DNA of 64,000 bases, taken from positions 87,052 to 151,051 of the forward strand of contig JAUXWS010000059.1 in the NCBI GenBank assembly GCA_030685015.1, read 5' to 3'. Below, in pieces: positions 16,911 to 26,481 of this stretch. This stretch comes from a bacterium (lineage in GTDB: Bacteria > CAIWAD01). The position numbers and the translations under genes were made by a program. Below the pieces are notes generated by a model. It was not told the origin of the DNA. It ran no database searches and saw nothing but the letters and a program-made list of their open reading frames with translations. How positions within the stretch are numbered: position 1 is the stretch's first letter; the number at the start of each line of letters is the position of its first letter.

Positions 16911-17816
16911 TCAATCGCACCGCGGGCGGCGGTAGACTCCCGGGTGGACTTGGTGACCGTCCAGGACCGCGCCGCAAAGATCCACTCCCCCCGTAAGCAG
17001 CCACCCGCCGGGACGCAGAACCTCCGCGTAACGTCGCACCACGGCGCGACGCGTCTCCGGGTCGAGATAGCGCAGCGCGCCGGCGCAGAAGACGGCATCG
17101 AGGCCGTGCGTGACAATGGGCAGCCGCGCGGCCGAGCTGTGCCGGCGGAAGCGGACCAGGCCGCGCAACCGGTCGGCCACGCACCAGTTCTGTGAATCCG
17201 CCTCATCAAAGCAACGGGTGCGCAGGTCGCAGGGGAGGCGCCGCAGGCTGTCGTCGTCGTAAACGCCTTCCATGGCGGTGGTCAGGGCCTGCGCCGAACA
17301 ATCTGTCCCCAGGATCGAGACGCATTCCGCCGCGGCGGGGCCGAGGCGCTCATCCAATTCGCAGGCCAGCAGCCAGACATCCCCTCCCGTGCCGCAGCCC
17401 GGAACCCAAAAGCGCAGGACGCGCCCCTTCCTCCGCCCCTCTTCCCAGGTGGGCAGCAATTCGCGCCGGAGCAGGTCAAGGTGGATGCGCGCGGGCTGGA
17501 ACTCGCCGACGGTGGCGCCAAGGCGGTTGACCACCTCAAAGGCCAGCTTTCCGGTCCGGTCCTCTTCCACCAGATCCAGGAAGTCGTCAAAGGCGGGGTA
17601 GCCCCGGCTGTGGGCGAGGCGCAACAGTCCGCCCACTTCGTGGGGAGGTCGGCAATCCGTCAGTTGAAGCCGGAAGCGCTCACGGACCAGCCGATGCAAG
17701 CGGGTGGCGGCGGCGGGAGAATGTTCAGGAAGCACGGGCGTCTCCTGGCTGCTGTAGGGAGGCGGGATCCTGTCCTCCGGGGGAGGGTCGCGATGGTCCC
17801 GCACGGATGGCCCCAA
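16911..17816 (-). CDS. CheR-type protein-glutamate O-methyltransferase (SAM-dependent)
   Basis: SAM-binding block LRFWVPGCGTGGDVWLLACEL matches the CheR motif (RIWSAGCSTGEE). There is an all-alpha N-terminal region. No other che genes are in the window. Confidence 0.65.
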   Translation of the reverse strand: MGPSVRDHRDPPPEDRIPPPYSSQETPVLPEHSPAAATRLHRLVRERFRLQLTDCRPPHEVGGLLRLAHSRGYPAFDDFLDLVEEDRTGKLAFEVVNRLGATVGEFQPARIHLDLLRRELLPTWEEGRRKGRVLRFWVPGCGTGGDVWLLACELDERLGPAAAECVSILGTDCSAQALTTAMEGVYDDDSLRRLPCDLRTRCFDEADSQNWCVADRLRGLVRFRRHSSAARLPIVTHGLDAVFCAGALRYLDPETRRAVVRRYAEVLRPGGWLLTGGVDLCGAVLDGHQVHPGVYRRPRCD

Positions 17817-18001
17817 CGACCACGCATCCCTTATCGGCCATCATGTCGTCTCCATTCACCAAGCTGGCGCCGGGAGGGGCTCCATGCCAATCATCGGGAT
17901 GGCAGGGCCAGCCACACGGCCGATCATGACTTCTGGCATTGTGTTCATTAACCCAGAAGCCGGGTTCTGCCGCGCGGGTGCCACAAAGCTGTCACACGAG
18001 C

Positions 18002-18016
18002 TGGCACCGCCTTTGC
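18002..18016 (+). promoter_or_regulatory. candidate sigma54 (RpoN) promoter TGGCAC-N5-TTGC
   Basis: cTGGCACcgcctTTGCt is an exact match to the -24 GG / -12 GC consensus spacing. It lies ~175 nt upstream of the C25 peptidase ATG at 18191. An inverted repeat GGTGCCA-N17-TGGCACC overlaps it. Confidence 0.45.
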
Positions 18017-18190
18017 TTCCATGAGTCCGTTCAGTGAACCCAAAAGCCTGCCGGGCTTGGACCTTCGACGGGATCACGCCCATGTCGAGGACCATACGGT
18101 GGGGGAATCGCGTCGCGTAACGGCACTTACTCGCAAGGAAACCGCGTCGAGAGGGGCCGACTGGCTCCCGGCCCCTGGTGGGAGATCATT

Positions 18191-21100
18191 ATGCCTTGCA
18201 GGTTGATCCCATTTTTCGCCCTCCTGCTTGTCCTGGTCGGTACCGCCCGGGTCCGGGCCGAGGGCTGGCAGGCCCGGGCGCAAGACTGGCACATGAAGCT
18301 GGTGGCCGAGGACGACCAGGGTTTGACCCTCAGCCTTCAGTTGGAGGAGAGCTTGGCCAAGGAGCTGGCGGATGGCCGCTTGCGGCCGGAGGCGCGGGGC
18401 GAGGACGATCCGCCCCTCGTCCTGGGCCGCTGGATCGCGCTGCCCGCCTCCGCCGTGGCGGATGTGGAGCCGGTGTCCCAGCTCTGGTCCCGGGCAAGCC
18501 CGGCGGGATCGCTTGACTGCTGCGATTTGTCGGCGCCCGTGCAGCGTCTGGGACAGCGCATGGCCAGCCTGGGCATCCAGCCCGTGGCCGATGACGGGAC
18601 CGTGCTGCTCGAGATGACCCTGCGCATCCGCTTCGTGGGGGGAGAGGCCGCCCAGCCTGGCGCCGTGCCCCGCGCCGGGTCGTGGCTGCAACTGGAGCGG
18701 GCCGGACGCCAGGTGCTTAATCCGGGCTTGACCCTGCGTCAACTGGCCGGACGCACGGCGGATCTGCCCCTGGGCCGTTATCTGGTGGTGGGCAAGGAGG
18801 CGTCCCTGACCTACATGGCGAACTGGGCCGCCTGGCGCCGCCAGCAGGGCTTCGAGGTCGCCCTTGTCTCCAGCGAGTCCCTGGGCGTGACCGGCAATTA
18901 CTGGGCGCCCATCCGCGACGCGGCCCAGGCCATGGCCGCGGACGAGGGGTTGGATTACCTGCTCCTGATCGGCGACATGAACATCGACCAATCCGGCTAT
19001 CATCTGCCCGGCGACCTGGTGCCCGGCGGCCAGTACGCGGAAACGAACTGGGGACGGCGCATCGTCAGCGATCACACCCTGGCCCTGCTGGAGGGGGACG
19101 ACTACTTCGCCGACGTGCTGGTGGGGCGCTTCTCCGCCGACAACGCCACCCAGGTCTCAATCATGGCCAGCCGCGCCCTGCTCTACGACCAGCAGCCGAC
19201 GGTGTCGGGGGATGCCTGGCTGAGCAAGGCCCTCATGGTCTACGACGTGGCGGGCGCCGCCAGCCGGCGCGAGACCTCCTTGTCCATCCGACAGCACCTG
19301 ATGGCGCGGGGAATTGCTCCCGTGGACACCATCCGCAACAACCGCTACACAAATCCGCAATCGCCCACCCTGGTCACCAATGCCATCAATGACGGCCGGG
19401 TGGTGGTGAACTACCGCGGTTACGGCTATCGCTATTCCTGGAACGGGCCGCTCTTCGGCGTGAGCAACATCAACCAGTTGTCCAACTACGGGCGGTGGCC
19501 GCTGGTGACCAGCATCGTCTGCGGGGGCGGGGATTTCGCCAGCGCCAATTACGACCCCTGCCTGGGCGAGGCCTTCCTGCGCGTGGGCTCGACCTCCGAG
19601 CCGAAAGGGGCCGTGGCCTTCATCGGGCCCTCCGAGGAGGACACCCACACCAGGTGGAACAACACCATCAACATGGGGATCTACCAAGGCCTGCTCGAAG
19701 AGGGCATCCGTGACGTGGGGGCCTTGATGGATCGCGGCAAGGCCGAGCTGTGGCACTGCTTTCCCAACCACCGCACCCAGATCTGGCACGACCCCGGCTC
19801 CCCCAGCCAGACGACGAACGCACCCTTCTACTTCTACTGCTACAACCTGTTGGGCGACCCCGGCACCCGCCTGCGGCTGGGCAGCCAGCGCACAGTGGCC
19901 CAACCCGCCTGGACGCCGCCGCCGGCGGGCTCCACCCAGCTCGAGCTGATGGTGAGCGACACGGAGGGACAGCCCGGCGCCGAGTTGTGGGTCTGCCTGA
20001 GCGGATCCGACAACCGCCGTCTGGCCCTGGCGCGGACGGATGCGGACGGACGGGCCGTGCTGGATTTCGCGCCGCTGGCCGTTGAGGCCTCCCACCTCGT
20101 CATCCACGGGGATGACTGGATCCCCCTCGATCTGGAGTTCACGCCCGCCCCGGCTGGATCCAACCTGGTCCTGCTGAACTGGTCCGCCGCGGCGGAGGAT
20201 AGCCTGCTGGCGGCCGGCGACGAGTTCGCCCTGGCGCTGAGGCTGCGTGAGGCCGGCGTGGCCGGCAGTCCGGCCGGGCGACGGCTCTCCGTCGAGGCGC
20301 TGGACGACGGACTGACCGTGCTGGTGGACGAGATGGACTTGCCCGCCCTGGCCTCCGGGGAGATCCTGGAAACGGAAGGGATGGCCCTGCGGCTTGCCCC
20401 CAGTGTGGAGCATGGCCGGGAACTGCCCATGCGCCTGACCTTGCGCGAGGCGGCGGGCGAGCTCCTGTGGGAACGGAGGCTGGTGGCCGTGGCGGCGGGG
20501 GCGAGGCCCGAGCTGCTGCAGTTGCAGACCTTGCCGCCCACGCCCGTGCCGGGGGCGGTGGTGGAGCTGCTCCTGACCTTCCGCAATGCGGGCCCGCTGC
20601 TCCTGGATGCCAACAGCTGCCGCCTCTTTCCATCCAGTACCGCCTGCACGATGTTGGACGCCGACGCCGCCCTCGACCCGCTGGAACCGGGCGCCGAGGG
20701 TGCCGCCTCCTTCCGCCTGCTGCTGGCGTCCGGCGTGCTGCCCGGGGCGCGACTCAACCTGGAACTCGTTTGCTTCCGCGCCGACCACTCCATGGCGGCC
20801 CGCCTGCCCATCACCCTGGCCGTGGGGGAGGCCGGCCCCACGGATCCGGTGGGCCCTGACGACCACGGCTATCTCATCTACCATCACGGCGACAGCTCGC
20901 CGCGGGCCCCCGTCTACGACTACCACGACATCACACAGCTGGGGACCGAGCTTCCCATGAACGACGAGGGCGCCATCTTCAACGATGACGGCGTGGACGG
21001 AGTCAGCCGCGTGCTGCCCCTGCCCTTCCCCTTTCGCTTCTACGGCGTGGACTACGACACGATCACGGTCTGCTCCAACGGCTGGATCGCCATGGGCGCG

Positions 21101-21841
21101 CAGCCGGATCACATCATCGGCCTCAACACGCCCATCCCCGCGGCCCAGGGGCCGGCCGCCATGGTCGCCGTGTTCTGGACCGACCTCTACAACTACTACG
21201 GCGGCTCCCGCTTCGGCCGCTGCTACCGCCATCACGACGAAGCGGAGCACACCTTCACGATCCAGTGGAACAACTTCCACCACACGGGCCATCCCTACCA
21301 GGACAACTGGTTCCAAGCCGTGCTGCGGGATCCCGCCTGGTGGCCCACGCCCACCAGCGACGGCGAGATCCTGCTGCAGTATCAGGACATCGTCACCACC
21401 TTCGGCGAACACATCTTCACGGTGGGGGTGGAGCGCCCGGACGAGGCGGCCGGGCTGCAGTACACCTTCAACGGCCAGTACCCGCCCGCCGGGCAGCCCG
21501 TCACCAGCCAGACGGCCCTGCTCATCACCACCGCGGAGCGCTTCGAGGAGACAGCCCTGCCAGCCGGGGAGCGCCCCCGCGCCCTGGCCATGGCGCCGGC
21601 CGCCCCCAATCCCTTCAATCCGGAGACCATCATCCGGCTGGAGCTGCCCAGCGCCGCTCCACTCCAGCTCAGCGTCTACAACCTTCGGGGCGAGCTGGTG
21701 CGACGGCTCCACAACGGCCCGGTGGCGGCCGGGCACCGCCAGTTCCGCTTTCACGCCGGCGGCCTGGCGGGCGGCGTCTATCTGGTGGAGGCGCGACAAG
21801 GAGGACACCACGTCGTGCAACGTGTGCTCCTCTTGCCCTGA
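18191..21841 (+). CDS. peptidase C25 (gingipain-like cysteine protease) family protein with a C-terminal FlgD-Ig/T9SS type-A-like sorting domain
   Basis: Signal peptide MPCRLIPFFALLLVLVGTARVRA. Gingipain-like blocks YLLLIGDMNID, NYRGYGYRYSWNG, TSIVCGGGDF. C-terminus APAAPNPFNPETIIRLELP...LSVYNLRGELVRRL...GVYLVEA. Confidence 0.85.
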   Translation: MPCRLIPFFALLLVLVGTARVRAEGWQARAQDWHMKLVAEDDQGLTLSLQLEESLAKELADGRLRPEARGEDDPPLVLGRWIALPASAVADVEPVSQLWSRASPAGSLDCCDLSAPVQRLGQRMASLGIQPVADDGTVLLEMTLRIRFVGGEAAQPGAVPRAGSWLQLERAGRQVLNPGLTLRQLAGRTADLPLGRYLVVGKEASLTYMANWAAWRRQQGFEVALVSSESLGVTGNYWAPIRDAAQAMAADEGLDYLLLIGDMNIDQSGYHLPGDLVPGGQYAETNWGRRIVSDHTLALLEGDDYFADVLVGRFSADNATQVSIMASRALLYDQQPTVSGDAWLSKALMVYDVAGAASRRETSLSIRQHLMARGIAPVDTIRNNRYTNPQSPTLVTNAINDGRVVVNYRGYGYRYSWNGPLFGVSNINQLSNYGRWPLVTSIVCGGGDFASANYDPCLGEAFLRVGSTSEPKGAVAFIGPSEEDTHTRWNNTINMGIYQGLLEEGIRDVGALMDRGKAELWHCFPNHRTQIWHDPGSPSQTTNAPFYFYCYNLLGDPGTRLRLGSQRTVAQPAWTPPPAGSTQLELMVSDTEGQPGAELWVCLSGSDNRRLALARTDADGRAVLDFAPLAVEASHLVIHGDDWIPLDLEFTPAPAGSNLVLLNWSAAAEDSLLAAGDEFALALRLREAGVAGSPAGRRLSVEALDDGLTVLVDEMDLPALASGEILETEGMALRLAPSVEHGRELPMRLTLREAAGELLWERRLVAVAAGARPELLQLQTLPPTPVPGAVVELLLTFRNAGPLLLDANSCRLFPSSTACTMLDADAALDPLEPGAEGAASFRLLLASGVLPGARLNLELVCFRADHSMAARLPITLAVGEAGPTDPVGPDDHGYLIYHHGDSSPRAPVYDYHDITQLGTELPMNDEGAIFNDDGVDGVSRVLPLPFPFRFYGVDYDTITVCSNGWIAMGAQPDHIIGLNTPIPAAQGPAAMVAVFWTDLYNYYGGSRFGRCYRHHDEAEHTFTIQWNNFHHTGHPYQDNWFQAVLRDPAWWPTPTSDGEILLQYQDIVTTFGEHIFTVGVERPDEAAGLQYTFNGQYPPAGQPVTSQTALLITTAERFEETALPAGERPRALAMAPAAPNPFNPETIIRLELPSAAPLQLSVYNLRGELVRRLHNGPVAAGHRQFRFHAGGLAGGVYLVEARQGGHHVVQRVLLLP

Positions 21842-22294
21842 GCGTGCTTTTCATGCTGTGTGCGGCAAGGGTCGGCGCCGATGGTGACGGCCCTTTCCTT
21901 CACATGATTCCGCTGGTCGGACCTTCCCCCATTCAGTACCTTCGAATGCCAGCGTCCCCCCCGCGCTGGATCTCTTTCGGGCTTGGATCCTGGACGGAGT
22001 TCGCGCATGGCTGGATCCCGCCACTCCAGTCTTGCCGGGCCGGCCGGCGTCAAGACCAGGGACTTCGCCATGCTCCGACGGGATGAATGGAACGGACCAT
22101 TCAGGCCAAGCCGGCCATGTCCCTGACAGCACAGAAGCTCCAGAGTTGAAGCAGAGGTGCAAGTGGGCCACCTTCCCACAGAAGACTGGGCCGCAAGCCG
22201 GAACCCGTCGCCCGGGAAGGTCGATCCAGGCCCTGTCGCTCTTCTGGAGCTGCCCCGGCGCCGGCTCTTCATCTTCGGTGGCCTGTTCCGCCTG

Positions 22295-24694
22295 ATGGCT
22301 ATCAGCCTGCTGTGCATCGCCACCGTGGCCCTGCTGGCGGGAGCGCTGATGGAGTTTGCGCTGTCCCCCGGGGTGGGCTGGCTGGCCAGGCCCTTTGACA
22401 CGAGCACCCACTTCGGCAAGGTGGAGCTGGCCGAGCTGACCGGCGACGACGGCCTGGACCGACTTCTCAACAGCGAGCCGCGGTCCTCCGAACCCCCCTC
22501 CCTCAAGATTGTCTCGACCACGCCGACGCAGGCCCGCCCGAACCGCCAGCTCTACCTGGCGGGCAAGGTCATGCTGGGGGGCGTCGTGACGGCCCGCGCG
22601 ACCGATGGCAGCCGGTGGATCGCCGCCTTGTCCACCAGCGGCGACAGCACGACGATCCTGCTCAACCTGTTCCGGGCCGACTCGACCGGGGAGAGCAAGC
22701 CCTTCTGGCAGGGCGTGCTGTTCTCCCCGGCCCACCACCCCCATTCCTGGCGGGATGTGCCGCGCCTGACCAGCATGCGCTTCCATCAGTCGGAAGGCCG
22801 CGGGTGCGCCCTGCTCTCCGTGGGCGCGGCCTTCCAGGGATGGCGGGGCGTGGTGCGGCTGGAATTGACATCCGGCGCCGTCACCGTGGAGCGCCACCCC
22901 TGCGGCCTGGAGATCCACTTTCCGCCAGGACCGTCCCTGGTGGATGAGGAGGGCCGGTCCTGGCTGGCCCTGAGCAGTTTCGCGCCCCACAACGGCAACG
23001 ACCTGGGTGGCATCAACGACACATGCGCCGCCCTCCTGCTTTTCTCGCCGCACGACGGCCGCTTCCGCGTGATCGACACGGGCGATAAACACAATTCGCT
23101 TCAGGTCCAGGTCCTGCCCGACCAGCGGCATCTCGTCTTTCATTCGCGCCAGGAGATCAAGTTGCCGGATGGACGCCGCGGGCACGCCTTCCTTTTGGAC
23201 AGCTGGGCGGAGCGGGTGCTGCGGACCTGGTGGATACCAACGCTGAAGGCCCTGTGGCTGGCCGGGGACGACCGGGAAGACAGGAGCGCCAGTCCTGCGC
23301 TGCATGGCCTGGCCGGGACCCGGGTGGTGGCGTTGGCGGCGGCGGATTCGGCCAGGACACTGTGGGAATGGCCGCCGGAATGGGCCTTGCCGTCCTACCG
23401 GGACGGCTGGCTGGTCGGCGACGAGGGGGCGGGGACCAGCAGGGTGATCAGCCTGGATGGCCGCCAGCGGGTCGTAGTGCGCTACGCCGGATCCGGCCAC
23501 CTGCGCATGGAATCCCGCGGTTCCAGTCTGGACGACGCCCTGGCCCATGTGGTGCAGGGATCCTCCATCACTTCTTTCACCTTGCACGCCGTGCCGGTCT
23601 GGAGCCGCCTGCTGCGCAGCCCGGCCACGCGCCTGTCGGCCGAGGTGGCGGCTTTCTTCTTCCTGCTGCTGCTGGTTTTGCGCTTGCGCCGCCAGGACAA
23701 CCTGCTGCGCGGCATCCTGGACGACAACTCCCAGCCGGTGGGGCTGCTGGATCCCCAAGGACGCCTCACCTTCGCCAACCAGGAGTTGCGTCGTCTGCTG
23801 ACGGATCCACAGCAGGGACCCGCCTTGAGTACGCTGGCAAAACGCCTCCGTCCCGGTACCGGCGAGTTGCATCAATCGGGTGAGCGCTGGATGCGCTGGC
23901 TCCTGCGGCCCGTCCGCCCCGGCAGGCAGGAGGTGGGGAGCGTCATCTTCGGCATCGACGAAACGGCCCTGGTGGCCGCCGAGGACGGGCGCCGCTACCG
24001 GTCCCTGACCGGTCTGATCACCCACGAGCTGAAGACGCCCATCGCGCCCATCGGCCTGGGCCTGGACCAGCTGCAGCGCGAGGTTGAGCGCGCCCTGCAA
24101 CCCATGCCGGAGGGATTGCAGCGGATCATCGGCCGCATGCGGGCGGAGTTGGATCGCTTGCGCCAGTTGATCCGACACTTCACCGCCATCTCCGGCGAGC
24201 GCCGCCATCGGGAGAGAGTGGACCTGGTGGCGGCTCTGGCCGCGGGCGCCCGGCGCGCCGAATTGGCCGGCATGCCCGGAATCCAGTGCAGCTGGCACCT
24301 GCCCGACAAGGCGGAGGTGGTGGGCGACGCCGAAACCCTGGCCCTCGTCTTCGGCAGCCTGTTCAACAACGCCGTTGAAGCCATGGAGCACCGGGGCCGC
24401 CTGATGATCGGCCTGGTGCCGGCCAGCGACATGGCCACGAGCGGTTGGACGATCTTCATCGAGGACACGGGGCGCGGCGTGCCCGCCGAGATCCGGCACC
24501 GCATCTGGGAGCCGGGCTTCAGTTCGAGGCGGGGGGGCTATGGCTACGGCCTCTACTTCGCCCGCCACCTGTTGCAGGACCTGGGCGGCCAGATCAGCCT
24601 CGACCCCTCGGCGGCGGGGGGCACCCTGGTCCGCATCGATCTGCCGCAGGCTCCCGCTGGGCTGGAGCCGTCGGACAAGCTGGAGGACGTCTGA
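22295..24694 (+). CDS. sensor histidine kinase with a large periplasmic domain (two TM helices, HisKA + HATPase_c)
   Basis: TM1 is AISLLCIATVALLAGAL and TM2 is AAFFFLLLLVL, flanking a ~440-aa periplasmic region. H-box LITHELKTPIAPI. G-boxes IEDTGRGVP and GYGYGLYF. An alternative start at 22157 is possible. Confidence 0.8.
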   Translation: MAISLLCIATVALLAGALMEFALSPGVGWLARPFDTSTHFGKVELAELTGDDGLDRLLNSEPRSSEPPSLKIVSTTPTQARPNRQLYLAGKVMLGGVVTARATDGSRWIAALSTSGDSTTILLNLFRADSTGESKPFWQGVLFSPAHHPHSWRDVPRLTSMRFHQSEGRGCALLSVGAAFQGWRGVVRLELTSGAVTVERHPCGLEIHFPPGPSLVDEEGRSWLALSSFAPHNGNDLGGINDTCAALLLFSPHDGRFRVIDTGDKHNSLQVQVLPDQRHLVFHSRQEIKLPDGRRGHAFLLDSWAERVLRTWWIPTLKALWLAGDDREDRSASPALHGLAGTRVVALAAADSARTLWEWPPEWALPSYRDGWLVGDEGAGTSRVISLDGRQRVVVRYAGSGHLRMESRGSSLDDALAHVVQGSSITSFTLHAVPVWSRLLRSPATRLSAEVAAFFFLLLLVLRLRRQDNLLRGILDDNSQPVGLLDPQGRLTFANQELRRLLTDPQQGPALSTLAKRLRPGTGELHQSGERWMRWLLRPVRPGRQEVGSVIFGIDETALVAAEDGRRYRSLTGLITHELKTPIAPIGLGLDQLQREVERALQPMPEGLQRIIGRMRAELDRLRQLIRHFTAISGERRHRERVDLVAALAAGARRAELAGMPGIQCSWHLPDKAEVVGDAETLALVFGSLFNNAVEAMEHRGRLMIGLVPASDMATSGWTIFIEDTGRGVPAEIRHRIWEPGFSSRRGGYGYGLYFARHLLQDLGGQISLDPSAAGGTLVRIDLPQAPAGLEPSDKLEDV

Positions 24695-26106
24695 TGGGAG
24701 CGCCCCACATCCTGATCCTCGAGGACAACCGCAACGTGGCGGAGTCCTTGCGCGAGTCCCTCTGCAGTGAAGGCTACGTGGTGGGGCTCGCCCAGGATGC
24801 CGCCCAGGCCCGTCGCCAGACACAGGATCGGGTGCCCGATCTGCTGCTGCTGGACATCGGCCTGTCCGGCGCCCACCAAGGCGGCCTGGACTTCCTGCGT
24901 GAGCTGCGCCCGCGGGCGCCCCGCCTGCCGGTCGTGGTCGTTTCCGGCAAGGACACCACGGAGAACTTGCTGGAGGCCGGGCGTCTGGGCGTGGTCCAAT
25001 TCCTCTCCAAAAGCGACCTGAACGAGACCATGCTGCTGGACACTGTGCGCAAGGCCCTTGATGCCGCCCGCCCGGACCCGGCCGACGAGCGGCGCGGGGT
25101 GGGTCGCCTGCTGGGGAGCAGTCTCCCCATGCGCCGGCTGCGTGAGCAGATCCTGAACTACGCGCCGCTGGACATGCCGGTGATGATCTCGGGGGAGACG
25201 GGCAGCGGCAAGGAGCTGGTGGCCAAGGCGCTGCACGAGGAGGCTCCCGGCCGTGCCGACCGCCCCCTGACCATTGTCAACTGCGCCGCCATTCCTGAGT
25301 CCATCATCGAGAGCCACCTCTTCGGGCATCGCAAAGGGGCCTTCACCGGCGCCATCCACGACCACCCCGGCATCATCCAGCAGGCCGAAGGCAGCACCCT
25401 CTTCCTGGACGAGGTGGGCGAACTCAGCCACGACGCGCAGAAGCGCCTGCTCCGCTTCCTGGAATCCGGGGAGGTCCAGGCCGTGGGTCAAACAGACTAC
25501 ACCCATGTCCGGGCCCGGGTGGTGACGGCGAGCCATCAGAACCTGTCCCAACGGGCGCTGGAGGGGCGTTTCCGCCCCGACCTGAGATTCCGGCTGGACG
25601 TGCTGAAGCTGAACCTGCCTTCCCTCAGGGAGCGGCGGGAGGACGTGGAGGAACTGGCCCACGTCTTCCTGGATGCGGTCGCCCGGCGCAACAACCTGCC
25701 CACCAGGAGCTTGAGCCGGGCAGCCCTGGGTCTGCTGCAGGACCATGACTGGCCGGGCAACGTGCGGGAGTTGCGCAATCTGATGGATGGCCTGCTGGCG
25801 GGTTCGCGCCACCCGGTGGTGGATGTGGACGAGATCCGTCCCCTCCTGTCCACCATCCACGACCATGGCCACGCCGGACCATGGGACGGAGCCTGGCCGG
25901 GCGGAGCATCCACGGACTCTGTTGGATTCCTCCCACAGAGCGTCGAGGAAATCCAACCCTTGCGCCAATGGCGGCAGGACATCCAGCGGGAGTACATCCA
26001 GCAAGTGCTGCGCCTCTGCCAGGGCAATGTTACACGATGTGCTGAATTGCTAGCGGTGGATCGCACAACTATATACGCATTAATCGGACAGAACCGTGAT
26101 TCATGA
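24694..26106 (+). CDS. sigma54-dependent response regulator (NtrC family: receiver + AAA+ sigma54-interaction + HTH)
   Basis: The ATG overlaps the kinase stop (ATGA). Receiver domain ILILEDN...LLLLD. AAA+ block GETGSGKE...ESHLFGH...GAFTGA. The GAFTGA motif contacts sigma54. C-terminal HTH. Confidence 0.9.
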   Translation: MGAPHILILEDNRNVAESLRESLCSEGYVVGLAQDAAQARRQTQDRVPDLLLLDIGLSGAHQGGLDFLRELRPRAPRLPVVVVSGKDTTENLLEAGRLGVVQFLSKSDLNETMLLDTVRKALDAARPDPADERRGVGRLLGSSLPMRRLREQILNYAPLDMPVMISGETGSGKELVAKALHEEAPGRADRPLTIVNCAAIPESIIESHLFGHRKGAFTGAIHDHPGIIQQAEGSTLFLDEVGELSHDAQKRLLRFLESGEVQAVGQTDYTHVRARVVTASHQNLSQRALEGRFRPDLRFRLDVLKLNLPSLRERREDVEELAHVFLDAVARRNNLPTRSLSRAALGLLQDHDWPGNVRELRNLMDGLLAGSRHPVVDVDEIRPLLSTIHDHGHAGPWDGAWPGGASTDSVGFLPQSVEEIQPLRQWRQDIQREYIQQVLRLCQGNVTRCAELLAVDRTTIYALIGQNRDS

Positions 26107-26310
26107 AAGTAAGTCGGGTCAGAACAGGCTCGCAAGCTGCACAATCCACGTCTTGGCACATGTTTTGCCAATAACAGCCCGTGGTCGGTTCCACCACGTC
26201 ACCGCCCTGGCGCGGGCGGCAGGAAATGGCGTCGTCGCACTCGTCAGGTTGTGGGACTTGAACCGGGGGGCTGCAGCTCACACACTGCACGCAGTGGATG
26301 CGGCGACGCA

Positions 26311-26340
26311 GGTGGGGCGGACTTCTTGTCCGCCCCTTTT
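26311..26340 (+). terminator. rho-independent terminator-like hairpin GGGGCGGAC-ttctt-GTCCGCCCC followed by TTTTT
   Basis: Seen directly. A 9-bp GC stem plus a T5 run on the plus strand, ~200 nt downstream of the NtrC-family gene stop. A second hairpin CACTGCacGCAGTG lies just upstream. Confidence 0.55.
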
Positions 26341-26481
26341 TGTGCCCTGGCCACATGATGTATGTGCATCCAGCCGCATTGCAGCAGCTGGGGGCAGGAC
26401 CGAAGATCATGCACAGGCAGGGAGGGGAGGAGAGAAGCGACACCAGGTGGATGCGCCACAACGAAGGGTGGGCGCCCGGCT

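Noticed and set aside
19157-21820. 887-aa minus-strand ORF, with 18074..19075 similar
   Set aside because: Antisense shadow of the C25 peptidase gene, which has clear family motifs and a signal peptide.
22157-22294. Upstream extension of the histidine kinase ORF (46 extra codons)
   Set aside because: The extension has no hydrophobic segment. The first TM helix begins right after the ATG at 22295. It is kept as a possible alternative start only.
21851-24823. 990-aa minus-strand ORF, with 24553..26004 similar
   Set aside because: Antisense to the histidine kinase and NtrC genes, whose motifs are unambiguous.
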